From: Lama guanicoe
Lineage: Eukaryota
Length of the DNA: 49,462 bases
Assembly (NCBI GenBank): GCA_013239625.1
Contig: MU053430.1
Location: 19,838-69,299 of the forward strand
Direction of reading: 5' to 3'
Within the stretch, counting starts at the first letter, position 1, and each line of letters begins with the position of its first letter. The notes below the pieces were generated by a model, which ran no database searches, had not been told where the DNA came from, and saw nothing but the letters and a program-made list of their open reading frames with translations. The position numbers and the translations under genes are program-made. Positions 1 to 10,864 of the stretch are shown here, piece after piece.

Positions 1-2
1 TT

Positions 3-344
3 GACTGGAATGAATGTACTTGGCAGGAACAGGCAAAGGCACTCACGTCGATGATGGTTTCTTGTCCTGGAGCTGCAGCACCAGTTCCAGAGCAAGATGT
101 AGAACCACCTCAGGAGCTAGCACAAGCTCCAAATCTAGTGCCCCTGACAGCTGCAGACCCACGGCAGGCTGCAGCCACAGTTCCCGTTCAGTCCCAGTGC
201 CCAGAACAGGCACCAGCATCAGCTCCTCCAGACCGAGAGTGGGCTCACGCCACAGCTTCCAAGCAAACTCAAGACATGGAACAACCCCCTACACCAGCTT
301 CAGATTCAGAGCCAACAAACATTCCAGCAAGATCTCTTGTTTAA
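3..344 (+). CDS. 3' end of an ORF open from the window edge, with a P/Q/A-rich low-complexity tail; product unidentified
   Basis: Frame +3 has no stop from 3 to TAA at 342-344 (DWNECTWQEQAKALTSMMVSCPGAAAPVPEQ...PARSLV). It is GC-rich and coding-like compared with the flanks. The 5' part lies outside the window. Confidence 0.35.
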   Translation, partial: DWNECTWQEQAKALTSMMVSCPGAAAPVPEQDVEPPQELAQAPNLVPLTAADPRQAAATVPVQSQCPEQAPASAPPDREWAHATASKQTQDMEQPPTPASDSEPTNIPARSLV

Positions 345-572
345 TGTCAAGAGCTAGAACAACCACCTGCACCAAACCCAGCTCCAGTGCAAAGGCAGGC
401 GCAGGTCAGGGTTCTTGATCCAGCTCAGCAAGTAGGACGAGCACACGTGGCAGCTCCAAGTCCAGGGACAGAGCATGCGCACATCACAGTTCTCGTCAGG
501 CCTGGGCTGCTCTGACAACCTGCGCCGTCTCAGCACCGGACCTCCGCTCCCGCAGCGCCGTCAGCTGCAGCT

Positions 573-870
573 CTTTTTTTTCAAGTTTATTTCTGTATTT
601 TAAACAGCTTTATTGTGGCACAAATCCTGGCAGTAAATCACACATATTTCACATATACAATTGGATGAACTGTGATAGATGTACACACCCATGAACCACC
701 ACCACGGTCAGGACAGCTGACATTCCCATTGCTCCCCAAGAGGTGCAATTATCAAATTCCCAATTTGCCCCTCGCCACCCCTTTTGCCCCCTGGATACCA
801 TCAGTTTGTTCTCTGTGTCTGTGAGCCTGTTTCTATTTTGTAGAGAATTTAGTTCCAACTCCTGACCCAT
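573..870 (-). mobile_element. Old L1 (L1MB/L1MC-like) 3' end, antisense
   Basis: A T-run is followed by 'aacagctttattg...atatacaattggatgaac...tgtacacacccatgaaccaccacc' and 'tttgttctctgtgtct...ttctattttgtagagaattt', typical of the reverse-strand L1M 3'UTR. Confidence 0.7.
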
Positions 871-1264
871 AGTTAGTGCCTGTTGTGCTGCAGCAAACAT
901 TATTTTACGTTATTAAGTTTAGATACTTAAATATAAATAGTTAGCTAGTGGCTTATTAACTCTATTGTTATTTAAAAAATTGTCTTAATCTTTATTAATT
1001 ATTTATTCATTTCTTTTAGATTTTCCTCAAATATTTTCATTAAATTTTCCAGACCCTACAGTTACTTCCCAAGAAGATCTTGAAGAAATTAACTTTATAT
1101 CAGTGGACTGCAGAGCGCCTGAACTCTACTGGCATATGTGTCCACATGCACATTTGGAAAACGTGAGAAATCCATTAAAGTGAATGAAATATATATTTGA
1201 TTCCCATGCAATTCAGACCTCCTTTCATTTGCATTCATACCGCATCTATCATGTAGTCAGTATG

Positions 1265-2520
1265 ACATTCAGTATAAAGCAGTAACAAAGCAGCTTAAAA
1301 ACACCTGCCCCCATGAAACTTCCAATTCAGTTAATAATTAGACAGTTCACAAGCCTGTACTTTACATGGAAATGGTAAGAAAACCTTGAAGGGAAATGAG
1401 GCAGGGAGGTGGGACAGATGGTGATGTACGAGGCTGTCATCACTGTTCCTACTGCATGATCACTACAAGAGATCTGGAGAGATCTTACTGACAAGCAGAC
1501 ATTTAAGCTGAGACCTGAAGGAAGGAGGGAGACCACCACGTGTGTGTCCAGGGAGGATTCAAGGCAGAGGGAAGAGCTAATGCTAGGCCCTGGGGCAGGA
1601 GCACCCCATCACAATCAAGGAGCTGCAAGGAGACCTGTGAGGCTGCAGCAGAGTGTGGCCTGGCCAGGCTGCTGAGTTAGATCAGAGAGGGAACCACCTG
1701 ACTGGTGACGTAGGACTCACGGGTGCTGTGTGCATGTTGGCTTCGTCTGTGAGGAATGGAAAGCTGTGGGCAGAATGAACTTAGCAGTGACCTGACTGGA
1801 TTCTCTGATTCTGGGTGAAGAACAGCCTATAGGAATGAGGGCCCGGGAAAGAGCGTGGTTAGTGGCAGCCACTGCCATCCTGTCAAGAGGTGGTGGCAGC
1901 TCTGCTCAGGTAGAACAGGGGGAGGCCAGTGAGGGATGTAGTCTTAAATTAAAGATGAAGGCTTTGCTGACAGGGAGGAGATGAGTTAGAGAGAGGGGAG
2001 AAGTCAAGAAAGACTACAAAACCGGGGTTTTAGCTCCTGTCAGGTTGGAGATAGTGTCACAAAATGGGGAGAATGAGGGAGAGCAGGTTCAGGGGAGATG
2101 GTTAATCTGTTTTTGGCTTGTTAGTTGTCCACCTGCAGATGGTATGGAGACAGCTGGGTGGGCATAAATCTAGAATGTATGTGAAGGTTTGGAACAAAGA
2201 AGTGAATTTCAAATCATGACAGTCTAGATGTCATGTATGCCACAAGTCTGGATGAGGCAAGCAAGGAGGTGAGTGGCTGGGAAAGAAAAGTGGATCAAGA
2301 CCTAATTTCTGAGTCAAACTAACACTAAGGGGTTTGAAAGAAAAGTAGAAACCATCAGTGGAGTCACAGAAGGAAAGGCCAGTGAGTTCTTAAAATAAAA
2401 AACCCAGAAAACAACAACAACAAAATTATAAAAATGGTAGAACGTATTGAACTGGAATCTATATCATGGAAGCATTTCAAAGAGGGAGGGAGACTGACTG
2501 TGTCAAATGAAGCTGATAAA
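1265..2520 (-). mobile_element. LINE2 fragment
   Basis: Purine-rich L2-type motifs: 'gctgagacctgaagga', 'aggcagagggaagagc', 'gaggggagaagtcaag', 'ctgtgtcaaatgaagctga'. Confidence 0.7.
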
Positions 2521-2539
2521 GAAAAGTGTGGATTGAGAA

Positions 2540-3100
2540 AACTTTTTCCTGTGATAGGATTGTTCTAAAGTGGGATCGTGAGGGAGACACAACTCTGCAC
2601 ATTTACACACACAAAAGCCAAAAAATTTTGTAGTTAAATGAATAAATTTATGGCATGTAATATATACCCCAAGAAATCTCCTTCAAAATGAAGGAGCACT
2701 TAGCACATATCTACCCAGCAGAGCTGCTCCCAGGTACTCGTCTCACAGGGTAAATGAGAACAGATGTTTACAAAAAAGATGCATGCATATATATACAAAA
2801 ATATTTATTCATAATGACCCACACTTGAACTAAACCAAATGTCTATTATTAAGAGAATGGATAAATATTTTGTGATACACTCTTACAAGGTCACATTATT
2901 CAGCTCTACAAAAAGAATGAATGGCATATTCAAATACAAACAAACATGTAGCTCTAAAAACATTACTTAGAGCAAATGATACAGACATTGACGTATACAT
3001 TGTGATTTTTTCATTTTTGCCAAGTTCAGCAACCATCAAACTGATGGATGCATTTCACGAGAGTGTGTGTACTTCAATTGAAATGTGACAGAGGGTATAT
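2540..3100 (+). mobile_element. Old L1M/L1ME 3' fragments
   Basis: 'aaaccaaatgtctattattaagagaatggataaat' and 'aaataaatttatggcatgtaatatatacccc' resemble the L1 ORF2 end and 3'UTR. Confidence 0.6.
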
Positions 3101-3279
3101 ATTCTGTTGAGGGTTAGGAAAACAAAGGATTTGTGAAATCAATGACTTAACATTGATACATTTCACTCTATTTTTTTAATGTATATAGATATAAACACAA
3201 AAAGAAAGAATCAAGAAAAATTACCATTGGACAGTAGTGGAGAGAATGACACTTTTGTTACAACCCTCCCCTCTGGCAC

Positions 3280-3429
3280 AGCCCCTCCCCCACACACTGG
3301 GCAACTGACCAATCTGGGATGTCAGTTGCTGGCTGGGTTCCAGGTGGAATGTTGGGCTGTCCCTCTGGGCTTGTTGTGGCTGGTGGCTCCACTGTAACCA
3401 GGCAGAGCCCTGGGTGGGTCGTGCCATGG
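3280..3429 (+). promoter_or_regulatory. Candidate promoter/5'UTR of the CTAGE-like retrocopy
   Basis: GC box-like gcccctcccc at 3281-3290, CCAAT at 3309-3313, and a strong Kozak context gtgccATGG at 3421-3429. Confidence 0.3.
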
Positions 3430-4020
3430 AGGGGCTGCTGTCCTCCATGGAGCTTGGCTTTGTGCTGATCCTGAGGGAGGTGTGTGCGGTCCTGGTGGTG
3501 CTGCTGCCTGATGGCCTGTCTGCTCAGCTCATGTTCCAGAGCCTCCAGTGGGAGGCAGTGTTGAGTCTCCCTTTCCTCACCTCTTTGGTGGGTGTCTTAT
3601 TTCCCTGTAAACTTATTCACTCTCTTAAGAGTCACCTTATGAAAAGCAGCAGGCTATGAAAAGCAGCGGGCTGAAACACTGGCTGCCCAGATAGAAGAGA
3701 AGTGCCACCTCATCGACCAGCTGTATGTGGCTATACAAGAGTGTGCCAGTGTGGAGATGACTTTAAAGAACACTGGGCTAGAGAAGGAGCCAGTAAACGT
3801 ACCCAGCCTCACTAAGGCTTTCAGACACTTGATGACGGTCAACCTGAGTTCGAGGAAGGAAATCAGGTTTGTAATTGAAGAACTGAGGAAAGAGAGATCC
3901 CTGAAGTCTATTCAAGCAGAGGTGGCGGAGATGCTGAAAGTGCGATTCCTGGAAGACGAGAATCAGCACATCACAAGGGGCTGTTACAAACCAGCCAGGG
4001 GACCGAGCATCAAGCCCTGA
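3426..4020 (+). pseudogene. Intronless, diverged CTAGE5/MIA2 (cTAGE family)-like retrocopy: N-terminus, TM segment and first coiled coil; one frameshift
   Basis: Segment 1 (MEGLLSSMELGFVLILREV..LPDGL...QWEAVL[hydrophobic]..HSLKSHL) and segment 2 from 3655 (YEKQRAETLAAQIEEKCHL...VEMTLKNTGLEKE...SL...EI...ELRKERS...FLEDEN) align colinearly with recalled CTAGE5 (MEEPG...LPEGM...PWELVI...RSVRSRL..REKKLA..LIEEKSKL...VESSLKDASFEKE...SLEDES). There are no introns. The frame changes at 3638-3671. Confidence 0.8.
3638..3671 (+). repeat. 17-bp tandem duplication at the CTAGE-like frameshift
   Basis: tatgaaaagcagcaggc (3638-3654) and tatgaaaagcagcgggc (3655-3671), one mismatch. Confidence 0.95.
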
Positions 4021-4703
4021 TGGTCCATTTCCAGGAGTGGGCCCTCGTGTTAAAACTGTGCTGTGCCCTGCCCTCGACTCAGGCCTCCCAAGCTGCCGGG
4101 CTGCATGCACTCACTTAGATCTCCACCTGCGCTGCAAGGAGGCCAGTGGATGGAGGAGAATCCCCTCCTTTGGAACAGAGTCCCTCCAACTTTAAAAGTG
4201 AGCACAGCAGTGAACTCCTTCATGGTCAACATCTCTCACCTAAAATATACTCGAATTCCCAGAACACAGCACGAAGCATGGGGCTTTCTCTGTATTCAGC
4301 AAATGTGTGCATTCTCTCTTATTCATTGTGAGAGAAATGTTGTAACTGAGACTGATCTACTTAGTTGGAATCTACATTAAGCTTCATTTCTCAAGACAGT
4401 TTGGGTAACTATTATATACCAGCCATGTAAGTGAAGTACACATAGAGTTATTCTGTGCACAAATGTTACATTATAATTTGAAATTGTATGCAAATTGTCA
4501 ATATAAAGTTTTAGATGGCCATAGCATTTATTTCTAGAGTTATATTCTGAAGTCATAAGTTTAAGTCAAAGAGCATTTTTTTCACCTTAGTATGTGTAAT
4601 TTAAAAAAAAAAGATGTTCTTTAAGATGAAGTTAAATTGTACTCTTAGAAGAAACTTTTATTATTTAAGTTTTATATTCTGCTATAGCAATATCCATATT
4701 AAA

Positions 4704-4709
4704 AATAAA
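4704..4709 (+). terminator. Candidate polyadenylation signal for the CTAGE-like transcript
   Basis: AATAAA ends an AT-rich, UTR-like stretch and is followed by GT/T-rich 'gattgtttcctttgtct'. Confidence 0.3.
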
Positions 4710-5139
4710 TTTGATAATTATATGAGATTGTTTCCTTTGTCTCCCTGCAAGAAACCTGCAGCATAAGTTTCTGATCAAGAAGAAATGTAATTGGACAGTT
4801 TGGAAAAATCATCACATCCCTGCTACTCATCTCTCATTCACCATCCTGCACTCAAACTTTGGTGGAATTCTAGGATGGGGAGGTTTTTATCCTGTAAAAT
4901 TTAGTCTGAGGCCCACAGTTACCATCTTTATTTACACATCATGCACTCTTATAAGGCAATGAGCACAAACTGGTTTTTACCACGTCAGAAGTGAAGGAAA
5001 CACAAAACTTTTGTAAGTGGAAGGAGTCACATGAATAAATGACACAGGTAGCATCACAAGATATGTGACATTTCCTCAAATTCATAAATGTATGATGCTT
5101 GGGCTGGGGAAGATTAATTAAAACTAAAAACTATGTCCA

Positions 5140-5980
5140 TTTCTTTTGGTGCTGACACTGAAGGGAGGAAAGAAAGATTCTAAAGAGGAAAATTAAAGAG
5201 AAGATACTGATGGTCAGGATGGCATAAGTTGTGTAAGAAATAGAAACAGGGAAAGAGGCAGCGGTGGAGTGGGGGCTGGTGGTCTTGGCAGAAGTGGGGC
5301 TGGAAGGCCCCTCCGAGGAGGGGACACCTGAGCATGAAGAACACCTGGAGAGATGCCCTGTGCGATGAAGGCACAAACAGGAGATACAGTGCTGACCATG
5401 CTGGGCGTGAAGAGCTGTCAAAATCAAGGCTGGCCAGAATGCAGTGAGGGAATGGCAGAAATGGGGTAAATGCCACCAGGCATCAGAAGATGGAGGGAAC
5501 TGTCACCACAATAAACAGCTTGATTTCAAGTAAATTGGGCTTTGGCTGCCACTCTGGAAAGAGGATAAACCAGGTATGAGAACGTGACAGAGAAGTCTGG
5601 ACCCAGTGGAAGCAAAAGAAGTAGAGATGGAGAGATGGAATCCAATTAACCAGGGGCCCTGCAGGCAGAGAACATGTGACGGATGATGGTTGTGTGTTTG
5701 AAGGAAGAGAGGAGTGGGGATGAAGACAGAATTCTTATTTGAGCATCAGGATCAGAACCAGTGTCTTCCAGTGAAATGTGGATGAATTCAGAGGGGTGTA
5801 TTTGGAAGGGAAATTGAAATCTGAGAGTTTGGAAGGAGACTTTTGACAAGGCTCCATGACACCAGAATAGAAATAAGACGTGCTAATGGGGATGCAAGGG
5901 TTTTGGGGCTACAACCTAACCAGAGAGGCAGCTATAAATGTGAAGGGTCATTGGGGAGTGAAGTTACTTTAGCAGAGATG
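5140..5980 (-). mobile_element. LINE2 fragment (more 5' portion)
   Basis: Purine-rich degenerate sequence continuing the L2-like pattern seen at 1265-2520. Confidence 0.5.
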
Positions 5981-8900
5981 GAGTCCAAGCAATGGGTTAA
6001 CGTCACTGGATAAACTCCATGGGCCTGTTTGTGTTCACAGGTTAACTTAGGTTTCCCAGGATCAAAAATAAAGTAATGAGCACAATGGTGGTCTTCTTCA
6101 GTCTGTACGCATGTTGGGGCTTGAGTTGTGCACGATCCCCTACTGGTCCCTTTTCACCACAAGGGATGGGACACCTCACGTAGTCACAGGGCTCTGAAGA
6201 GAAATGAGGAACATGGCTGGAACCATCACACAAGAGCCATGGTACACAGGGTGCTTCTCTTGTCTTTGGCTCTTGTAAAATGATGCCAACCTGTTTTTGA
6301 GCTGGAGGCTCAGTCTGTGATTGGGTTTTGAACTCTGGGATCTGCCTCCAGGTACCCTGTTCCCCTCTCTAACAAGTGAACTTCACACCCTAAGAGATCC
6401 TAACTACCCTTGTGCTTCAGGAGCGTGAATTCAGGCACTGTCATCCTATGAACCATTGACACCATCACCTCCCACTTCAGAGCTGGGGTTCAGTGCTCTT
6501 TAGCCAGAATGTCAGAGCCCTTGCAAGCCACAGGAGTCCACCACATCTGCCTAGCACTTAGCCTGAAACTGCCTAGCCTTGCAGTGAGAACAGATTAAAA
6601 ACATGCTCATTATTTGCATTATCCCATTCCACCCTCATGAGGACAAAACAAGGCAGTATCTGCTGTGGCCTCATAACACCCTGGTGGAAACTGAGATACA
6701 GAAAAGTTCACTCACTCCTAACTAACCAAGAAAGGGCCGATATTCACAGGGCTGTGTGATGAATACCCTGCATATGAATTCTGAACTCATGTATGCAGTG
6801 TGAGCCGATGGAAATAGAAGCAGTGAGAGATTTTCTAAACTGTCTTGAAAAGTAGAGTTGACATTCGAAGCATTTGTGGTTATGTTGATTTGGTAACTGA
6901 AAATGATATAAGTACTGAGAGTGCATTTGGGGAATCCTTTTAGGGAGTGTAAATCTAGGTTGCTGTGTTCAAATTCTCCCAATAGGCCAGGAGATTTCTT
7001 TCAATGCAGGGATGGAGAGCTCAACTGAGTGTAACAAGCCTGTTGGTGGAAATTTCTGGGTGATTGGGCAAACCTTATTCATATACATATTATGTGTATA
7101 TATACATCTGTACATAAATATATACAGATATATATGTCATATACAGTTTTGTATGTAGATAACAGTGTCACTGTATAAAATGTCTGCTCTATTTGCTTGA
7201 GATATATTAACAGATCATTTATTTCATGTTTTCCTATAATCTTTTCATTGTTTTCTCTTCCTTTGTTACCTCCCTTCAATGTAATATTTTCCTCCATTTT
7301 TCATGCTAGAAGACAACCTCTCATATCACATAGTCCTACCCTGAACTTTCATGTTTATGAGACGGGTAGGAATTAGCTGCAGATGACTTCCATGCTCCTG
7401 GATAATGGCCTGCATCTCTCACTGTTCCTCCCTGCATTACTTACAGGCTGCACACGGAACTGTGAGGCTGTGCCTTGAATGGCCCCAGGTGTCTCAGCAA
7501 GCGATCCGTGACCTTCTGTGGCAGGGTCGAGAGAGTCTGCCAGGATCCTGGAGGCTGATCACGGAAAGGTGAGGTGAGGATTCAGTTTACAATCTGTAAT
7601 GAAGGCTCTTATTTTCAACAGGACAGCATACCCTGCTACCTCACCATTGCTCTCAGCATGATTTTAATGAGATTTTACCATTTTGCTGTATTATAAAGCT
7701 GTGAACATATTAATCATGTGTATTCCAGTTTAAAATTTTACATGGCTGTACAACGTCTATGTATCTCCCATTGTAGGATATTTAGTGTGTGTCCAGTTTT
7801 GGAGGGAATGAAATAATATCTACTATAAATATCAATGAACACATTTTTTGTTTACCTACTTTTTCCTTAAGCAAAATCCTGGGGGCAGAGTTGCTTGTTG
7901 ATGCAGAGTCTGTGTGCTTAAATTGATTTTTTCCAACATGTTTGTACCATTAAAAAGTCTCATCATCAATAAAAAAACACAAATTGCTCCATACCATTCC
8001 CAATGCTTGGTATTTTCCTTCTTAGCTGCTATAATGAATCATGTTGTTACTCTAGTTTAACATAAAAATCAGTATGTTACTTTTGTTTTTATTGTGTTTT
8101 TCCCAAGAAAAAACACTGACCATTGATTCATCTTCCGGGATCAGGGAAGACTTGATGACAAGAAAGTGCCCCATGAGAACGGCTGAAGCCCATATGGGTT
8201 ACTTTTTGGTTCTCCAAGGTGAGTCCAAAGAACAAAAAGGAATTGGTTGGCTCTCTGTCTTCTTAGTTTTACTCTTCGCTGCTAATTTACTGTTTCTGGG
8301 GGTTTGCTGCACTTAGAGGCAATAAGCTCATGCCCATTACTGGCAAAAGTGGCAAGGTTTTTTTTATTATTATTTTTTGATAAAATTCAGTATATTAACT
8401 ATTTTAAAGTATTCAATTTGGACATCAAGGCAAAGCAGAACTGGAGGCTCCTGACTCCCTCCTCCCATGATATACAAAATAAACAGCGACACAAGAATCA
8501 ATTTCCTGTGAGAGGAAACTAAAAATGGGTTGGTTCTCCTATACACTGGATTACAGGCAAAATACTCAAATGTTAGGAAAAGACGACATACACAACGGCC
8601 ATAAACCCAAGGCCCAGTACTGGACCTTGCATTCTGGATGTAAACCCTGGCTCTCATCTTCATTCTAAGAAACACAGGATTCGGACAATAAATCTAGGGC
8701 ACTAACGTTTATAGATGCGTTCTGAGGTTCCTAGATCACCTTGCTCTTGGAGGTCAGAGGGCTGAATATTCATGAGTCACCCAGGGACCACAGATAATTC
8801 AGTGGTGATTTAAAACAGGTGCGCAAGGTCCTTCAGGGGTTATTTCTCCTATCTGAGAACAGAGGACGCGGGCAAAAACACAGCTCCCATTTTCTCCAGT

Positions 8901-9007
8901 GCAGGGTGTAGACTACACACTTAAGTCCAATGTTTAGAAATGCTGCCTGAAAGTCAGACATCAAATGACCTTGCACATGGGAGCGCTTCCTGTTAATCCT
9001 ACCTCCA

Positions 9008-9047
9008 GTGTGTGTGTGTGTGTGTGCACGTGTGCATATGTGTGTGT
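9008..9047. repeat. (TG)n microsatellite, imperfect
   Basis: gtgtgtgtgtgtgtgtgtg...tgtgtgt, read directly. Confidence 0.9.
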
Positions 9048-9939
9048 TCAGAGCAGGATCTGGCTTTGAGTTTTTCCCTAGGAGGAGGAGAACTATATAT
9101 TGCTCTGATTGTTTTGGCTGCCACCTGATGGTCTGACTTCTAACTCACCTGTTTTTTTTCACTGTGAGCTTACGAGGCCCTGCAGCTACTAGGCTGCTCA
9201 GCGTGTACGGAGAACAAGTCAGTGGCCTCATTCAGTCTCATTCCCTCTCCTGTGACTCCCTTCCCCGGCTCATGTCTGAAGTGACTCCAAGATTACAGCC
9301 CTTTCCAGGAAGAAGTTTCCCTTCACCACTGATGCAGCAGCGTTTCCAGCTACTGAACAAAGGGGTCTCTCCTAACTTGTCTCTCTCTGCAAGTGATGAA
9401 AAAGACAATCCCCAGTCCTCTGCTAATTTTTATGGGTAGGTGAATACTTAATGCAGCTCCTTCCCCACCCAGGTCCAGAGATAGACTCAAGCCTCCAGCT
9501 GCCTCACCCATTTCTGAGAGCCAACAGAACCCAGCAGCCACCAGCTTCCTGGCAGTGACAAAGTGCAAAGAAACATCTTGAAAGTGTATGTGGTCTGAAC
9601 AAAAGTGCAGGCATTTTCCATAGGTCCTGCCCCCAATTTATTGTAGAATGTATAGGAGAAAAATCCCAGTTCCCTGCCTCTACCTGAGGAGAAGAGAAGA
9701 TGGATGGCACACAGGGGATCAACTTTTCTGGCTGCTACTGAACAGAGAGGTTTCTATCTCATTTGCTAAGGATACTGACAGGACTTGGCACAACCTAGTA
9801 CCCTGTGCACACTGTGAACATAGGGGGCCACTTGGACAAACACAGAGCTTTGAGGAAAGCAAAATTTATGGCCTAGCTGATTAGTGAGGTTTATCTTCCA
9901 TACGAGGCCCATCTGTGAACATTTGAGAGGTGGTTATTT

Positions 9940-10190
9940 GTCAAATGTACAGAAACCAAAACAGAGATTTATGGAAAATGAAGAAACAAGGAAATATGGG
10001 CCAAAGAAAAGCATAAAGTCAATCTTCAGAACCAAATTCTAATAAAAGTGGTGATAACTGATTTACCCAAAAGAGAGTTCAACATAATGGTCATAAAGAT
10101 GTTCACCATAATCATGAGATCAATACATAAGCAAAGTGAGAAGTTCAAATGTAGAAAGAAGATACTTTAAAAAGACCAAACAGAAAAGTT
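9940..10190 (+). mobile_element. Old L1 ORF1 N-terminal fragment (a 5'UTR remnant may extend back to ~9500)
   Basis: 'aaaatgaagaaacaaggaaatatg...gatttacccaaaagagagttcaacataatggtcataaagatgttcacc' translates like L1 ORF1 MKKQGNM...DLPxREF.IMVIKM. Confidence 0.75.
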
Positions 10191-10864
10191 ACATAAACAT
10201 CACGTCAGTGAGATTTGTACATTTTGTTCTTTCTCCTACGATATAAAAAGAATGAGACATCCATAACCATAAAAAGTGCCTCCACACAGCATACAAGGGA
10301 GCCACTCACCTACAGATCCTCAAACAGTTGGATGGGATCTCAGCATGTACGGGAGAGAAGGGGCGTGGCAGTGACGGTGGCAGCAGCACATGTGGAAGCA
10401 GCAGGTGGCAGTGGGACAGCTCAGCCTTTCTGGGAAAACAGGTGGAAGGGGAAGCTGGTGAGTCAGAGGTCAGCTGTGCATGCTGCAGCTGGAAGGATCT
10501 GTTTCTTTCCATAGGAGAGACTGCAGCCACATTGGGAGAGTAACAAAAGGGAAGAAGGCAGACAAAAAAACTGAATGAATACCCTGCTGTTCACCCTTGG
10601 ATTATCCCAAAGATCATCCCATTGGCTTCTGGGTCCACATCCCCAACTAGGATTTACCTATTGGTATATGGGCACATCCAAAACCCAAGCCCCAAACACA
10701 CATCTTCCTACTACTGGGTAGCACCCACTTCTTTTTGTTTTCCTGCATGAGCCTTTTTTTTTTTTTGACATGTTCCCACTCTTAGTAACAAATCACTTCT
10801 AGTAAGAGAAGCCAAAAATGTATGCTACAGTGAGACTTTGGGAAAAAAATGTCGGGGGAAATAT

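Noticed and set aside
14..418. 134-aa Ser-rich ORF
   Set aside because: Probably a shadow frame of the low-complexity +3 ORF; no recognisable homology.
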